64,000 nt of DNA from Carcharhinus longimanus (Eukaryota): NCBI GenBank assembly GCA_030264375.1, contig JASCQW010000132.1:57235036-57299035 (forward strand), read 5' to 3'. The position numbers and the translations under genes are program-made. Each line of letters begins with the position of its first letter. Position 1 is the first letter of the stretch. Positions 1 to 12,334 of this stretch are shown one piece after another. The notes beneath the pieces are model-generated. The model was not told where the DNA came from. It ran no database searches and was given only the letters and a program-made list of their open reading frames with translations.

Positions 1-169
1 TGAAGGAACACATCCCCCGGGTTGGAAGTCAGCAAAGCGAATTAGGGAGCTGTTGGGAACAGAACTGTGTTGTTGTGTTGCACATCCTTAAGTTGTAAAT
101 ATTTCTTTTCTCATTGAATAAATCTTCTTGTTTTATACCTGCCATAGTGAGTCACCCAGTGTTATCACA
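1..169 (+). mobile_element. Possible 3' half of an LTR (window-truncated)
   Basis: AATAAA at 117-122, then a U5-like stretch ending ...GTTATCACA; the 5' end lies outside the window. Confidence 0.3.
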
Positions 170-1181
170 TTACCCCATCACATTCTTTAACTTTCTTAAA
201 CACCTTATTTAGGTCAAAGGAATAAAAGATTAGTCTCTATGGCATATATTTATTGTTGATGCCTTACTACTCTTGATTCAACTGAGCAACTTTGCCAGGC
301 TGTATCAGAAGGAGCATCATAGTCAACTATCTGGTACACATGACTGGCAGGTGAAGTCTACCTCTGGCAATGTGCAGGTGAAAAAAATAGAATTCTAATT
401 CCTTATGTGTAACTTTGTGCATGATGCCACTTGATAGCAGTTTGCTCTAGCTGCTTGTAGTTGACTTTATCCACTTTGCAGGGTGGAAATAGTTAAATTC
501 AGCCCTCTTGCAATTGAATAGTGTTGTTGTGTTGCATTCTGTGTTAAGTTGTCAATTATGATGCTGTTAAACTGATTGTCATTATCTTCCATTGCAGCTA
601 ATCCCAACAGAAAACAAATAAAATAGTTTGATTAGAGATGTTGCCTCTTGATCATATTTTAAATCTTAGAAGTTGTTTTCTGTTGCTGTATACATCCTTT
701 ATTTGAATAGCATGCAACAAAAAATGTCATTTTTTTTAATCACACATGGTATTTTCCATTTACAGCTGGGCAGTTCTCCCTATCATGTGTTAGTCGCCTG
801 TAACTATTAGACTAATCACACTTATTAACATTCTTCTCATGCTTGCAACTCTATACATTCTTGTCTGTACACTTGAAACATCTCCAGATGCTGAGGTCTG
901 TGGTGCTTGTAATAAACGATTAACTATTTTGAGCAATAACAGTTTCTCGATGAGGTGGTAAAATACCTAAATGGTGACGAGTGTGATCTGACAGTGAACA
1001 TTTTCAACTATGCAATGTCTTTTCCTCATTTATGTGGTAAATCATTAGGTTTCATTTTGTCAGCAGGCCCAAATTCATCTTCAGTTGTTCAGTAATGATG
1101 CTTAAATTGTCCAGGCAATTATTCATAACTCTAGGTACAGATTTGAGCACATCTAGGATGTGAAAATATGCAGTCCACGGA

Positions 1182-1302
1182 AGCTGGAATTTTACCTTCC
1201 CGTCCATGACATGAATCAGAGTGGGTGACGGGCATGAAAAGGTCCATTGACCTTGGGTGGGACTTCTGGTTTCGGGGCAAGTGAGGCTGGAAAATCCCGC
1301 CC
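1182..1302. mobile_element. Short MITE, probably PIF/Harbinger-related
   Basis: Imperfect terminal inverted repeats AGCTGGAATTTTACC / GGAAAATCCCGCCC; internal GTCCATTGAC core shared with other MITEs in the window. Confidence 0.55.
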
Positions 1303-2782
1303 ATGGGATTTGATCTGTAACAAAATGGGTGCAAAGACAATTAGAGTTATGATCTGTGTAGCAGCTGATGCTGGAGCCAAATCAGACTTGGGGTTCATTA
1401 AGCTACAGGTTCCAAGGAGATGATCCACAGGAGCCCCAAGAAGGGGCTTAGCAGCTTAGAGATTTTTTGGTTTCAGGAGGAGTACTCTATTTCCCCTGAG
1501 GCCATAGAGGTAAACCTGATTTTTTTCTGAGACTGTTTTGAGTGACCTTCAGTGGTTCCTTTAAGGACCATTGGTTGTGCCACCTAATGCTTTGTGCAAT
1601 CAGGCAGAACAATCTCTACCCATTTGTCCCTGAATTTGACATTCAGGGTCCGACAACCAGCACAGAATGCTGATATTTATATTTAAGAATTGTAGTCTCT
1701 GGCCCAGGAAGAGGGTCAGAATGACTAAACTTCACCCAGGCCAATATAGTATCTTGTGCTCTTCCAGTGAAGCAGATCCTGGCGTTAAATTCCAAAGCAT
1801 CGGGCCAAATTGACACCATAAATTTCTTCCTCTGTGTACATGAGATTTAAAAGGATGGGGACAATTAAAGGGGAAGTATTATAATAGAGTGACCCAAATT
1901 CTCAAAATTCAAATTAACCTATTGACAGCTGAAGGTAGATACAGCTAAAAAAAACAGACACATTAGAGTAAGGAAACCTTAGGTGCAGACAGTATTTAAA
2001 CAGGCCATCCCAACATCTAACCAGTCTGAAATGAAAATCTACCAGGTTCTCCGTTGAGTGGGAAATCTGTTTTGCAAAATTATTTCTCATACAGTGAAAA
2101 GATTCATGTGCTCCATTGTCTTCTTTCTAAATTTCCATGAGCAATTCAACAGAAGAAGAACAATGGAAGTTATTTTGTTTAGTATATTGTGAAACATATC
2201 AGTGGCTCTCTTCTCACATTAATATCATCCTGATGTTGGGCAGGTTTCAACTGCTAGCCATTCACTTCTCAGGTGACAATATGAGAGGCTGGCAGTCAAA
2301 GGTGGGCTGGGCACTTTTGCTGTCCCATTGACACCCATGGCCTTCCTCATGCACTGAGAACAAAATGTATCCCAAAACTTACTAGCTTTTAATGTGAGAG
2401 GAGTTGAAGATTCTCTTCACTATCACAGGAAAAGGCCGACTCCCAAATTGTACTGCCTATGGTCTATGGACGGGTTGAGAAACTAGTGATAACAAGAGAT
2501 GATGAGATAAAATTTGTGTTGTGGTCATTTGACTCTGGTTTGCATGTGGGAGCCCCCACCTTAACCCAAATCAATGTCCATTGAAAAATCAGAACAAGTG
2601 GATTGCTCATGGTAAGTCAGTAATTTTTTTCTCCATAAGACTTAAATTCTCTACAATCTGTTTTTAGATATAAATAGGGTAGCAAAATGGAAATCACACA
2701 CACACTCCCATCATCCCCACCGTAGCATCTAAGATCTTCCTAAACGCAGTTACAGTTTTATGACACTTACCCCTAACTCAGT

Positions 2783-3067
2783 GGATGACACAGTGATTAA
2801 CATTGCTGCCTCACAGCATCAGGGACCCAGGTTCAATTTTGGCCTTGGGTCACTGTCTGTGTAGATTTTGCACATTCTCCTCGTGTCTGCGGTTTCCTCC
2901 CACAGTCTAAAGTTGATTGATTGGCCATGCTACATTTGACTCTAGTGTCAGGGGGATTAGCAGGGTAATACGTGGGGTTTCGGGAATAGGGCCTGGGTGG
3001 GATTGTTGTAAGTGCAGACACGATGGGCCAAATGGCCTCCTTCTGCACTGTAGGGATTCTATGATTC
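2783..3067 (+). mobile_element. HE1-type (V-SINE) tRNA-derived SINE with CR1/HER1-type tail
   Basis: A/B-box head (ACAGTGATTAAC...GGTTCAATT), central TTTCCTCCCACAGTC, tail GGGCCAAATGGCCTCCTTCTGCACTGTAGGGATTCTATGATTC. Confidence 0.9.
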
Positions 3068-4201
3068 AGAGAAAGATGTTAAGCTTCTCAGAGTGTCTCA
3101 TGTCTAAAATGCAATAACCTTCCTCATGGGGTGATTTTAATTGCAGTGAATTTGCTTAACTAGCAATTCAAATGTCGCCATAGAAACAGTTTTAAATTAC
3201 AGATTATTTTTAATGTTTTGGAATAGAAGTGAGAAAGGGTACGCATTTCCCTTTGCACACCTTTCGAAATGAATATCAGGCAGATTTGATTTATTCACAA
3301 ATGAAAAACAGAAAGCAAAAGTTAAATTTAAAAAAAACTCTGACCTTCTCTTTGTAAATATATTGGAGACCCTATAATCTTTGAAAATGACACATAATGG
3401 GAAACACATTTGGATGTCACAAGCTTCAAAGGGCATTAAATGCGATTGAAGCAGGTTCCTAACTGGAAGTGTTTACTTTGTTTTGCCCAGAGACAAATTC
3501 TATTAAAATTATGCAAGTTGATTCAATATGGAGCTTCCAGGTTAGGAGGTGATATATTCTCTCAGGTTTTCTTCAGTTAGGGTATTAAACTAAAAGAAAT
3601 ATTTCTCTGTCATTAGACAAGTGACACAACAATGCTGGTTAAGTAGGTAATTGAGACAATTTAGTCATTTAAATGGACAACATTATGAAACGATTAAGGA
3701 ACACTGTTATCCTTCTGCACAAATCCATGTCATTCTTTTCTTACAATATCTCAAAGGCTCACACAAAAATTTGGAGTGAATTATACGGTTGGAAATTTGG
3801 GCCGCTACCTCTCTGCACTCATGTGAAATCGGCATGATGATATCATTTTGCCAACCTGGCTACATTACCCTGATCTCTGATAATGTGGAAGCAGGGTGGG
3901 TGTCGAAATCAGTAGTCACGCCAGTTTTAGAACGCCATTTTAAAAGAAATGAATGACAGGCCAATTCAACATGTTAACAAGGCAATAGAATTGTAATTTA
4001 AGTTACTCTTGTCATAGTTTGGTAGTGCATGGAAAAAACATTTGGAGAGAGTCATGGCTGGTATTAGGAGGTAATACAAAGATGGATACAAAGACTGCCA
4101 GCAAGGCAGTGGCTGACTTTATCAGAGGAACCTGCTGAAGAGGGTACTTCAGCTTGCTACCATTGCAAGTTATTGTTGGTTAATGGTTTTGAGAGATATT
4201 T

Positions 4202-4385
4202 GGTTAAAGTCCAACAGATATATTTGGAATCACAAGTTTTTGGAGCGCTGCTTTGATCACTCGCCTGATGAAGGAGCAATGCTCAGAAAGTTTGTGTTCC
4301 AAATAAACTTGTTGGACTTTAACCTGGTGTATTGAGACTTCTTGTTGTGCCCACCCCAAGCCAACGCCAGCACCTCCACATCATG
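4202..4385 (+). mobile_element. Penelope-like terminal (pseudo-LTR) fragment in inverted-repeat arrangement
   Basis: 4202-4259 is the imperfect reverse complement of 4266-4325; contains CTGATGAAGGAGC...GAAAG and CCAAATAAACTTGTTGGACT, typical of shark Penelope ends. Confidence 0.8.
4262..4296 (+). ncRNA. Degenerate minimal type I hammerhead ribozyme motif
   Basis: CGC-CUGAUGA-A-GGAGC aau GCUCA-GAAA-GUUU-GUG: both core boxes, stem II and a 3-bp stem I; stem III and the cleavage site look mutated. Confidence 0.6.
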
Positions 4386-4984
4386 AGAAATGTTTGTCAG
4401 AGAAGGATGCCGGAAGGTAAGTGTGCAGTGAATTGTATTGGACCCTGAGATTAGTGTCCCAATGGACATTGCACATTCCAGAGGAGGTTTCTGCTGAAGA
4501 GGACGAGAAGGATGACAGAGGAAGGAAGCTGGCCAAGGGCAGACACAGCCTGTGGTTCCATGAATTTGTGGAACCTGTTGTTGAACATGTGGTGTCTGAG
4601 TGCAGAACGCAGAAAAAAAGGACATTGAAAACTGGAGCATTTTAAAACAAACTAAGGTGCCTTGTGATTCTTCAGCATGCTGGCTAACGAAAACTCTGCC
4701 TTCCAAAGCTGCAGCATTCTGTCACATCTAAATCAACGCTCAGCAGCAACCTGACCCACAGTCATTTAGAAGCTGCTTCTTCCCCAGTCACCACCATTTT
4801 GAAGTTTGTATCATAACTGAGTGAAAATCCTGTCTTTATCAATACAGGCGATACCATCTTGTAATCCCCTTCACTCTTAAAGGAACATCCACACATTCAA
4901 ATATTTTAAAGATAGAACACGATTCTTCTCTACCATCTTCAATTTGCCTTACCTGGGGCCCTGGCCAATCTCACAGTTGGAGCT

Positions 4985-5544
4985 ATTAGAGGAAAAATTT
5001 CTTGAGGTGTATAACCTCAACTCCAGAGAGCTTATAGACACCAGCAAAGGTAAAAGAAGAAGAAACACCAACAACAACCTGACAAACACCACACTCATCA
5101 TCCCAGAAAGAACCAATTCCCACTCACTACAAAACATTCACTGCCATATCAATCAGACTGACTTGGTGCAATGCAGCATCCATCAATGGAAGAAGCACAT
5201 GCAACCATGCCTACATCACGATACAACCTCCAAACCACCACAAGATAAAGAACCTCCAGAGTCTACTGCACTCCCGAGCGGATGGCAAATGAAACATGGT
5301 AGGGTTACAAAACCTCCAGGCTACCTGAATCTCCAATTTCAAGGACTTGAAGAGAGAAGATGAGGATAGTAAGAACATTGCGAATGCATACTGCTCATGT
5401 TGTAATGTTAATCACAAAGTAGTTTAGAGTTAGAATAGTTGCAGCACTAAAGTTAACTATACAAGATTTATGGTGCTATAAGATTTGAAACAAACTAAGT
5501 AAACCAATGTCAGTCGATCTAAAGCTTAAAGATCTGGAGAAAGC
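4985..5544 (+). mobile_element. Gypsy LTR-retrotransposon 3' internal remnant (integrase C-terminus and 3' UTR)
   Basis: ORF 4944-5363 has SRELIDTSKGKRRRN (cf. PRSYxVxTxxGxxRRN) and HGRVTKPPGYLNL (cf. RSGRxxKPPxRLxL); purine tracts precede the LTR. Confidence 0.7.
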
Positions 5545-5815
5545 TGTAGTAGAAAAATCTGGTACTGAAAGGGTTAATATGACACTGAGTATAGTACCAT
5601 CCACACAGTAATGCAAGAAGACACATGATCTAGAGCTAATGCCAGTTTAGAGTTAGGTAACAACATGAAAGGTCCCAGTATGGGTTCCTTTACATACATT
5701 TACCCTCTACTGTAAATATGTACATAGTTAAATACTGTTAACAAAGACTTCTTTGTTACTTCAACAAGACTGCTTCAAAGTTCCCAAGCAGTACACATCA
5801 TGGGTAGTGACAACA
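5545..5815 (+). mobile_element. 3' LTR of the Gypsy remnant
   Basis: TGTAGT...ACAACA termini directly after purine-rich GGAGAAAGC. Confidence 0.6.
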
Positions 5816-6344
5816 GAACAGATTAGCATTCACCTGCATCCTGCACCAGCACTAGTACAGGCACCACAATTCTTTTATTTGAACCATTGAATAAGCCATG
5901 TTAGACAGTCTGGTCGGCTCTGGCAGAGCAGAAGCAGCAGCAGTAAAATTGTTCAGTTCGTAACCCCTGCTCTAACCCTGTCTTAGGCTTTCTGTTCTGT
6001 TAATCTACATTATACTCACACAATTCCTTGTAAATTTGCCTTCTCCTTTCTCTGATACAGCCCTCCTTTCTGTCTTACCACACAGCTCCCATCTGTAAAC
6101 TCCCTTCCTGTTGATGCTGCTTCAAGGTCAAAGGTCATCAGGCCACATTGACCAGTATTTCTTATTATAAGAAAATTGATCCCTTTACAATTGATGCAAA
6201 CTCTTAAACATCCTCTTCAAACATTCTTAAAAACATGACAGATTCCACAGACATTTTAAAGAAATTACAATTTTTTCTTACTGTGCTGCTTTGGGATCAA
6301 AGGTCAGCACAAAACCAAGCTCCATTACATGGCACTGAAGAAAA

Positions 6345-6560
6345 GAATGTTGCAGGATAGAAGGATGCCATGTGGCTCATTGTGCTTATGCTGCCTCTCT
6401 AGAAGAATCATCCAATGAATTCCATTCCTCTGTTATTCCTCCACTGCCCTGTAAATTTAGTTCTAATCCAACTGAACTCTTCCTCATACCTTATCTCAAA
6501 AATGTATCTCAGGTATCAAGTTTGGTGCCACATAACAGTTGAGTTATCTTGTGTCATTCA
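6345..6560 (-). mobile_element. Old CR1 3'-end fragment
   Basis: Reverse-complement CR1 tail AGAAGGATGCCATGTGGCTCATTGTGCTTATGCTGCCTCTC. Confidence 0.45.
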
Positions 6561-6729
6561 GAATTATTTTGGGTCTTGATACCAAGTTGCACAAGATGTT
6601 ACAAGCAACATCCTAGAAACAGCTATAAACCAGGAAATGGAAGGCAGGGATGAACTGCAGAAATTAACAGTGTCCAGGGAGGTGGTACTGAATGGATAAA
6701 GATAGATCTGGTCCTCGGGTTGAGGTTCT

Positions 6730-7882
6730 GAACTGGAAAATGCCAAATTTGAAGAAATGAGAAAGGATCTACAAAGCATGGATTGGAACAGGCTGTTCTC
6801 TGGCAAAGATGTGATTGGTAAGTGGGAGGCCTTCAAAGGAGAAATTTTGAGAGTGCAGAGTTTGTATGTTCCTGTCAGGATTAANNNNNNNNNNNNNNNN
6901 NNNNNNNNNNNNNNNNNNNNNNNNNNNNNNNNNNNNNNNNNNNNNNNNNNNNNNNNNNNNNNNNNNNNNNNNNNNNNNNNNNNNNNNNNNNNNNNNNNNN
7001 NNNNNNNNNNNNNNNNNNNNNNNNNNNNNNNNNNNNNNNNNNNNNNNNNNNNNNNNNNNNNNNNNNNNNNNNNNNNNNNNNNNNNNNNNNNNNNNNNNNN
7101 NNNNNNNNNNNNNNNNNNNNNNNNNNNNNNNNNNNNNNNNNNNNNNNNNNNNNNNNNNNNNNNNNNNNNNNNNNNNNNNNNNNNNNNNNNNNNNNNNNNN
7201 NNNNNNNNNNNNNNNNNNNNNNNNNNNNNNNNNNNNNNNNNNNNNNNNNNNNNNNNNNNNNNNNNNNNNNNNNNNNNNNNNNNNNNNNNNNNNNNNNNNN
7301 NNNNNNNNNNNNNNNNNNNNNNNNNNNNNNNNNNNNNNNNNNNNNNNNNNNNNNNNNNNNNNNNNNNNNNNNNNNNNNNNNNNNNNNNNNNNNNNNNNNN
7401 NNNNNNNNNNNNNNNNNNNNNNNNNNNNNNNNNNNNNNNNNNNNNNNNNNNNNNNNNNNNNNNNNNNNNNNNNNNNNNNNNNNNNNNNNNNNNNNNNNNN
7501 NNNNNNNNNNNNNNNNNNNNNNNNNNNNNNNNNNNNNNNNNNNNNNNNNNNNNNNNNNNNNNNNNNNNNNNNNNNNNNNNNNNNNNNNNNNNNNNNNNNN
7601 NNNNNNNNNNNNNNNNNNNNNNNNNNNNNNNNNNNNNNNNNNNNNNNNNNNNNNNNNNNNNNNNNNNNNNNNNNNNNNNNNNNNNNNNNNNNNNNNNNNN
7701 NNNNNNNNNNNNNNNNNNNNNNNNNNNNNNNNNNNNNNNNNNNNNNNNNNTGGATGAGAGGGGTGTGGAGGGATATGGTCCAAGTGCAGGTCAGTGGGAC
7801 TAGGCAAAAAGTGGTTCGGCACAGACATGAAGGACCAAAAGGCCTGTTTCTGTGCTATAATGTTCTATGGTTCTGTGGTTCT
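6730..7882 (+). mobile_element. Younger CR1/HER1-type LINE spanning an assembly gap
   Basis: Peptide KFEEMRKDLQSMDWNRLFSGKDVIGKWEAFKGEILRVQSLYVP; tail GGCCTGTTTCTGTGCTATAATGTTCTATGGTTCTGTGGTTCT. Confidence 0.85.
6885..7750. other. Assembly gap
   Basis: Run of N. Confidence 1.
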
Positions 7883-8062
7883 AAGAATAAATTGTTGGAG
7901 TTGAGTGCTGATAAGGTCCTGATGGATTTCATCCTGGGGTGTTAAAAGAAGTATTCAGTGAGGTAGTTTGCTGCATTGGTTTTAATTTTCCAAAACACTC
8001 TAGATTCAGTACAGGTCCCATTATGTTTTTTAAATTATAGAATAAAACCATCCAATCCCTAC

Positions 8063-8103
8063 TGTGCAGAAGGAGGCAATACTTTATTGCCTCCTTCTGC
8101 ACA
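8063..8103. repeat. Perfect 19-bp inverted repeat with 3-nt loop
   Basis: TGTGCAGAAGGAGGCAATA-CTT-TATTGCCTCCTTCTGCACA. Confidence 0.95.
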
Positions 8104-8278
8104 TAATAGCTCATATTAGAGGGGTAACATTTTGGCATGGAAAGAAGATTGGTTAGCTAAATGGGCCTTTTTGAGATCGGCAAATGTAACAAATAGTGTG
8201 TCATAGGGATCAGTACTGGAACCTCAACTGTTTACAATTCATATAAGTGACTTGAATGAAGGGATTGGTGCCAAATTT

Positions 8279-8600
8279 CATAGAATCCCCACACTGCAGA
8301 AGGAAGCCATTAAATCTGCAGAAGGCCCATCGAATCTACACTGACCACAATCCCACTATTCCTGTAACCCAACGTATTTATCCTGCTAGTCCCGCTGACA
8401 TAGAGTCAATTTACCATGGCCAATCAACTTAACCCATACATCTTTGGACTGTGAGAGGAAACTGGAGCATCTGGAGGAAACCCATACGACACAAGGAGAA
8501 TCTGCAAACTCCACACAGACAGTGACCCAAGACCAGAATTGAACACAGGTCCCTGGCGCTGTGAGGCAGCAGTGCTAACCACTGTGCCACAGTGCCACTC
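8279..8600 (-). mobile_element. HE1-type SINE (CR1 tail) inserted in the CR1 KFADD motif
   Basis: Full head and tail on the minus strand; flanking duplication AATTT at 8274-8278 and 8601-8605. Confidence 0.92.
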
Positions 8601-10284
8601 AATTTGCTGATGACACAAAGATAAATGGGAAAGGAAATTGTGAAGTGGACAGAAGGAAGCGACAAAAAGATGCAGATAGGTTCAGTGAATGGGCAAAATT
8701 CTGGCAAATGGAGTGTAATGTGGGAAAGTGTGAAATTATCTGTTTTGGCAAGAAGGATAAAAAACAAGAATTTTATCTAAATGTTGAATAATTGCAGGGC
8801 TCTGAGCTGTAGAATGATCTGGCCGTTCTAATGCATGAATCACAAAAGGTTAGTATGCAGGTGTAGCAAGTAATTAGGAAAGTTAATTGAATATTATAAT
8901 TTCTTGCTCAGAAAATTGATTATAAAAGTAAGCAGGTCAGTTGTATAAGCATGAGTGAGGCTACCTTTGGAGTACTGTGTACAGTATCGGTCACCTTATT
9001 AAAACTTTGGAAGCAGTTCACAGAAGGTTTAGCAGATTAATACTTGGAATGGATGAGTTGATGAGGAAAGGTTAGACAGGCTAAGCGTGTATCTGCTGAC
9101 GTTTAGAAGAGGTGACTTGAGCGAAACATATAAGATCCTGAGGGGGGGGCGGGGGGATGTCACAGGTTGGTTGTAGAGAGGATGTTTCTTCTTATGGAAG
9201 AATCTAGAACTAGGGGACGCTGTTTAAAAATAAGGGGTCACCCATTTAAAACAGAGATGGGGTGAAATGTTTTCACTCGGAGGGCTGGGGCTGTGAGTCT
9301 TTGGAATTCTGTTCTTTGAAAAGGTCATGGAAATAAAGTATTTGTATATTTTTAAGACAGAGGTAGATAGATTCTTGGTAAGCAAGAGCGGGATAGATTA
9401 TCAGGAGCAAGTGGAGTGCAGATCTGAGGTTACTGTAAGATCAGCCATGATCTATGTTTGTACGCATCCGGGGCCTTCATCACATTATCTCAATTTTAAA
9501 TCATTTGAGAAAACTGAATGCCTTAAAGCTATTTTAAAATGCTATTTAGATGGAACTCTCCAATGCCTCAGTGCATCAGTAGTAAAATATTTGAGTGATT
9601 AATATGTTCAAGGTTTAAAATAACCACAAGTCTGTTTTCAATTTCCTCTTTTTGTTACTTGCCACCTCTTTCCACAAACTCTTGACATTTGGTCAAGCTT
9701 GTCCTTATTGTGATCTTGTACACCTGTTTTTTTATAGGCCTCTAAAGCCCACACAAGGCCGTATTAAAAACTCGCTCTGAAGTTGTGTGATGGCCAGAAA
9801 TCTGTTTAGTTTCACTCTTCACTAAATAAACAAAGACAGTTTCACACAATCAGACCATAAGCATTCAATGTGTTTTGCAATGACTGAATGTGTCTCACAG
9901 AATAAGAATAGTGTGGAAAAACAATCAGGCTTTTTTTTCTAGATTTTATAAATGTTCAGCTGCATAGTGAACATTTCTTTTTTAAACTTTTCTTATCACT
10001 CTTTCTTTCTTTAAACTTTTTTTTGATATTTTTCTGCTGTCTAATGTCATGTTCCTTCTTCCTCTGGCACAGATCCACACCTCCATTCAGTGAACGTACC
10101 CAGATATTCTGGATTAATAATGCATCACATAAGATCCCTGTCCAATCACTATGTGTTACATCTGAAAAAAAAACTTAAGTGTACTTCAGTAAATAGGCCT
10201 TTCCAATTAGTTGGCCATAGAACATATTTGATGGGATTGACATAATGTATAGATTGCCCTATTTGATGATATCATTGGGATTAC

Positions 10285-10450
10285 TTTTTTAAAATTCTTA
10301 CATTGGATGTGGGCATCACTGGCAAGGCCAGCATTTGTTACCCAATCCAACTGCCCTCGAAAGGTTTGCAGTGTTGGAGCTATTTTTTGGAACCAATGCA
10401 GTCCGTCTGGTGTATTTATACTCATAGTGCTGTTAGGGAGGGAAACAGTG
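10285..10450 (-). mobile_element. 3' end of a CR1/L2-group LINE (second family)
   Basis: GGATGTGGGCATCACTGGCAAGGCCAGCATTTGTT...GTGCTGTTAGGGAGGGA; the tail is shared with the SINE at 26985 and the fragment at 63355. Confidence 0.7.
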
Positions 10451-10584
10451 CTGAATAGCTTCTCTGAGAAATTAGCATTAAAAAAAAAGTGATTCGGGGA
10501 ATGAAGACATGAGTCTTGATTGAGTTTGTCTTTCTTTGGTAGAATTGAACCAAAACCAGCACCACCAGTGCAAAAAAAATCATT

Positions 10585-10724
10585 GGGTGTGATCTTACCT
10601 GCCATTCACGCCATGTTCCCGCTGCAGCAAGGTTAGAGAGAGAATTTGGCGGCCAGCCAAATTTCCATTCACTGCAGCCGAATGGCAAAATCCCACCGGC
10701 GTGAACAATGATGAGATTCAGGCT
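10585..10724. mobile_element. MITE, same family as 56128-56248
   Basis: Ends GGGTGTGATCTTACC / GATGAGATTCAGGC; shared core GTTCCCGCT...GAGAATTTGGC.G.CCAGCCAAA. Confidence 0.6.
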
Positions 10725-12039
10725 GTAGATTTTTACTTGCAATTTGTGTTTAGCACAACTTGAGTCTCTGTAATTGTTTGCCCTTGTCTTACAAACATCA
10801 CACAAGAAACAACCCCTGCCTGCAAAATTGGCCAAGCTCCCTAAAGTGAATTAATTACTGTTAGAAATTTCCACCAATTGTGCTCATTCACAGGCCTTGA
10901 AGGTGACTTCAAAAATTAAATCTTTTCTTTGGAGTCAAGGATAGTGAAAGATACATTTTAAAAATTGCTGAAAGCAATTTTACGAAGACGCTGTCTACTG
11001 AATTGCAATGAAACAAGGAAATAGCTTTATAGGTTTTTACAAGTGAATTTCAGTGACTTAAAATTGGGTTACTCAGAAGTAGTGAATCAACACTGATTTA
11101 AAAATGGTTATTTGTGTCATAAACTAATTTTCAGCTGCATTCGTCAAACTTCACCAAGGTACCACTCGTTAATAAATGAAAGAAAATGTTTCAAAGTAAC
11201 ATTTACAAGAAAAAGTGAGACACAGCCAGATTGTGCTGGTGCAGGACAGACTCTATATTTGGCAATATGTAAATAGCTTTGAGCATAAACCCGAGGGAAA
11301 AAAAACACTTTTAAAAATGAGTACCAACATAATTTGTGGCCAAAATGAAAGCTCGACCCCTTTGATTTTACATCAGTAATACTTTAGTAACAAAGTGGTT
11401 TGTATTATGTGAATTTCAAATCTATTTTTTTTGGGAATGACAAATAAGAATAGGTAAAATGATAGAATTAGGGAGTGCAGATTGTTCGAATTTCCAGCAA
11501 CATCTGAAATGCGTAAAACCTGTAAATTAAAGACGTGTGTGATGAAGGTTTGCCTTTATTGCCAGGATATAGCTTTTTCAGTGTGGTAAATATCTCGTGA
11601 AGTGTTTTCATTTTGGCAGTAGTTTTATTGCCAACTATAGACCTTTAACTGTAACCATGCCGACACTGGTAATCAAGTTGTCTGGAGTACATTTTCATTT
11701 TCACTGCCTGAACAATAATCTGCACAACAGATCGTCCTTCTCAAGTAGACTTCTTTGGATTTTCAATACATTTATTTCAATAGAAGAAATCTAGGTGGGT
11801 CCTATCATTGATGGAATCTTCCACTCCTGACAGCAATGGGAATCATGGCAGCTAGAGCACTTAATTTGGCATGAGTCAAAATATCAGTTTCCCAATGGCA
11901 GTTAAAACAAAGTTTGAAATTTTGTTCTCCTGATTACAAAATCCTTGCTCCTAATGTAAAACTCCAAAGTGTGCCATATTTGGCTTGATTTATCTGCGTT
12001 TGTCGTTTTGAGTAATTACCTGCTTAATTTCTAGATCTA

Positions 12040-12330
12040 TTTGTCCACTCTCTTCAGTGTCAAATGTCACCAAGCATACATTTTCACTCCTTGCATTTGT
12101 CTCCAAAAGTATGTTACACTTATCCATATTGAATTGTACTTGTCACCCATTCCATAATGGGTGACAAGTACCTTCCTGGAGTTTTTTTCACAAATGTCAC
12201 TGTTTGCCAAACCCCCTCAAACCCTAACCATTGATATAGGATGGAAAGCGAACTCCCATATCCAACCCTTCTCTAAACTGAAAAGCTCCCACGTTCACTA
12301 ACTCATTGTTTCCCATCCATCATCTAGCTC
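12040..12330 (-). mobile_element. Old CR1 RT fragment
   Basis: CCAAAAGTATGTTACACTTATCCATATTGAATT resembles the reverse complement of the CR1 QFNxDKCxV region. Confidence 0.45.
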
Positions 12331-12334
12331 TCTC

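Larger units (their letters stand above)
3787..4834 (+). mobile_element. Heavily decayed Harbinger-like element, interrupted by a Penelope terminus
   Basis: TIR-like ends GGTTGGAAATTT / GAAAATCCTGTC; acidic peptide EEVSAEEDEKDDRGR resembles the transposase C-termini at 32.6 and 45.5 kb. Confidence 0.35.
6620..9450 (+). mobile_element. Old CR1 LINE ORF2 and 3' region, interrupted by a younger CR1 and a SINE
   Basis: RT motifs V.xGSVLEPQLFTIHISDL, KFADDTK (split by the SINE), EWAKFWQMECNVGKCE, LEYCVQ; CR1 3' UTR near 9300-9450. Confidence 0.9.

Noticed and set aside
2383-2611. Exon-like segments with good splice signals on both strands
   Set aside because: All three frames contain stops in each candidate; no coding support
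6757-7945. Long ORFs of 315-359 aa (and those at 27728-28455 and 48789-49409)
   Set aside because: They are long only because they read through N gaps
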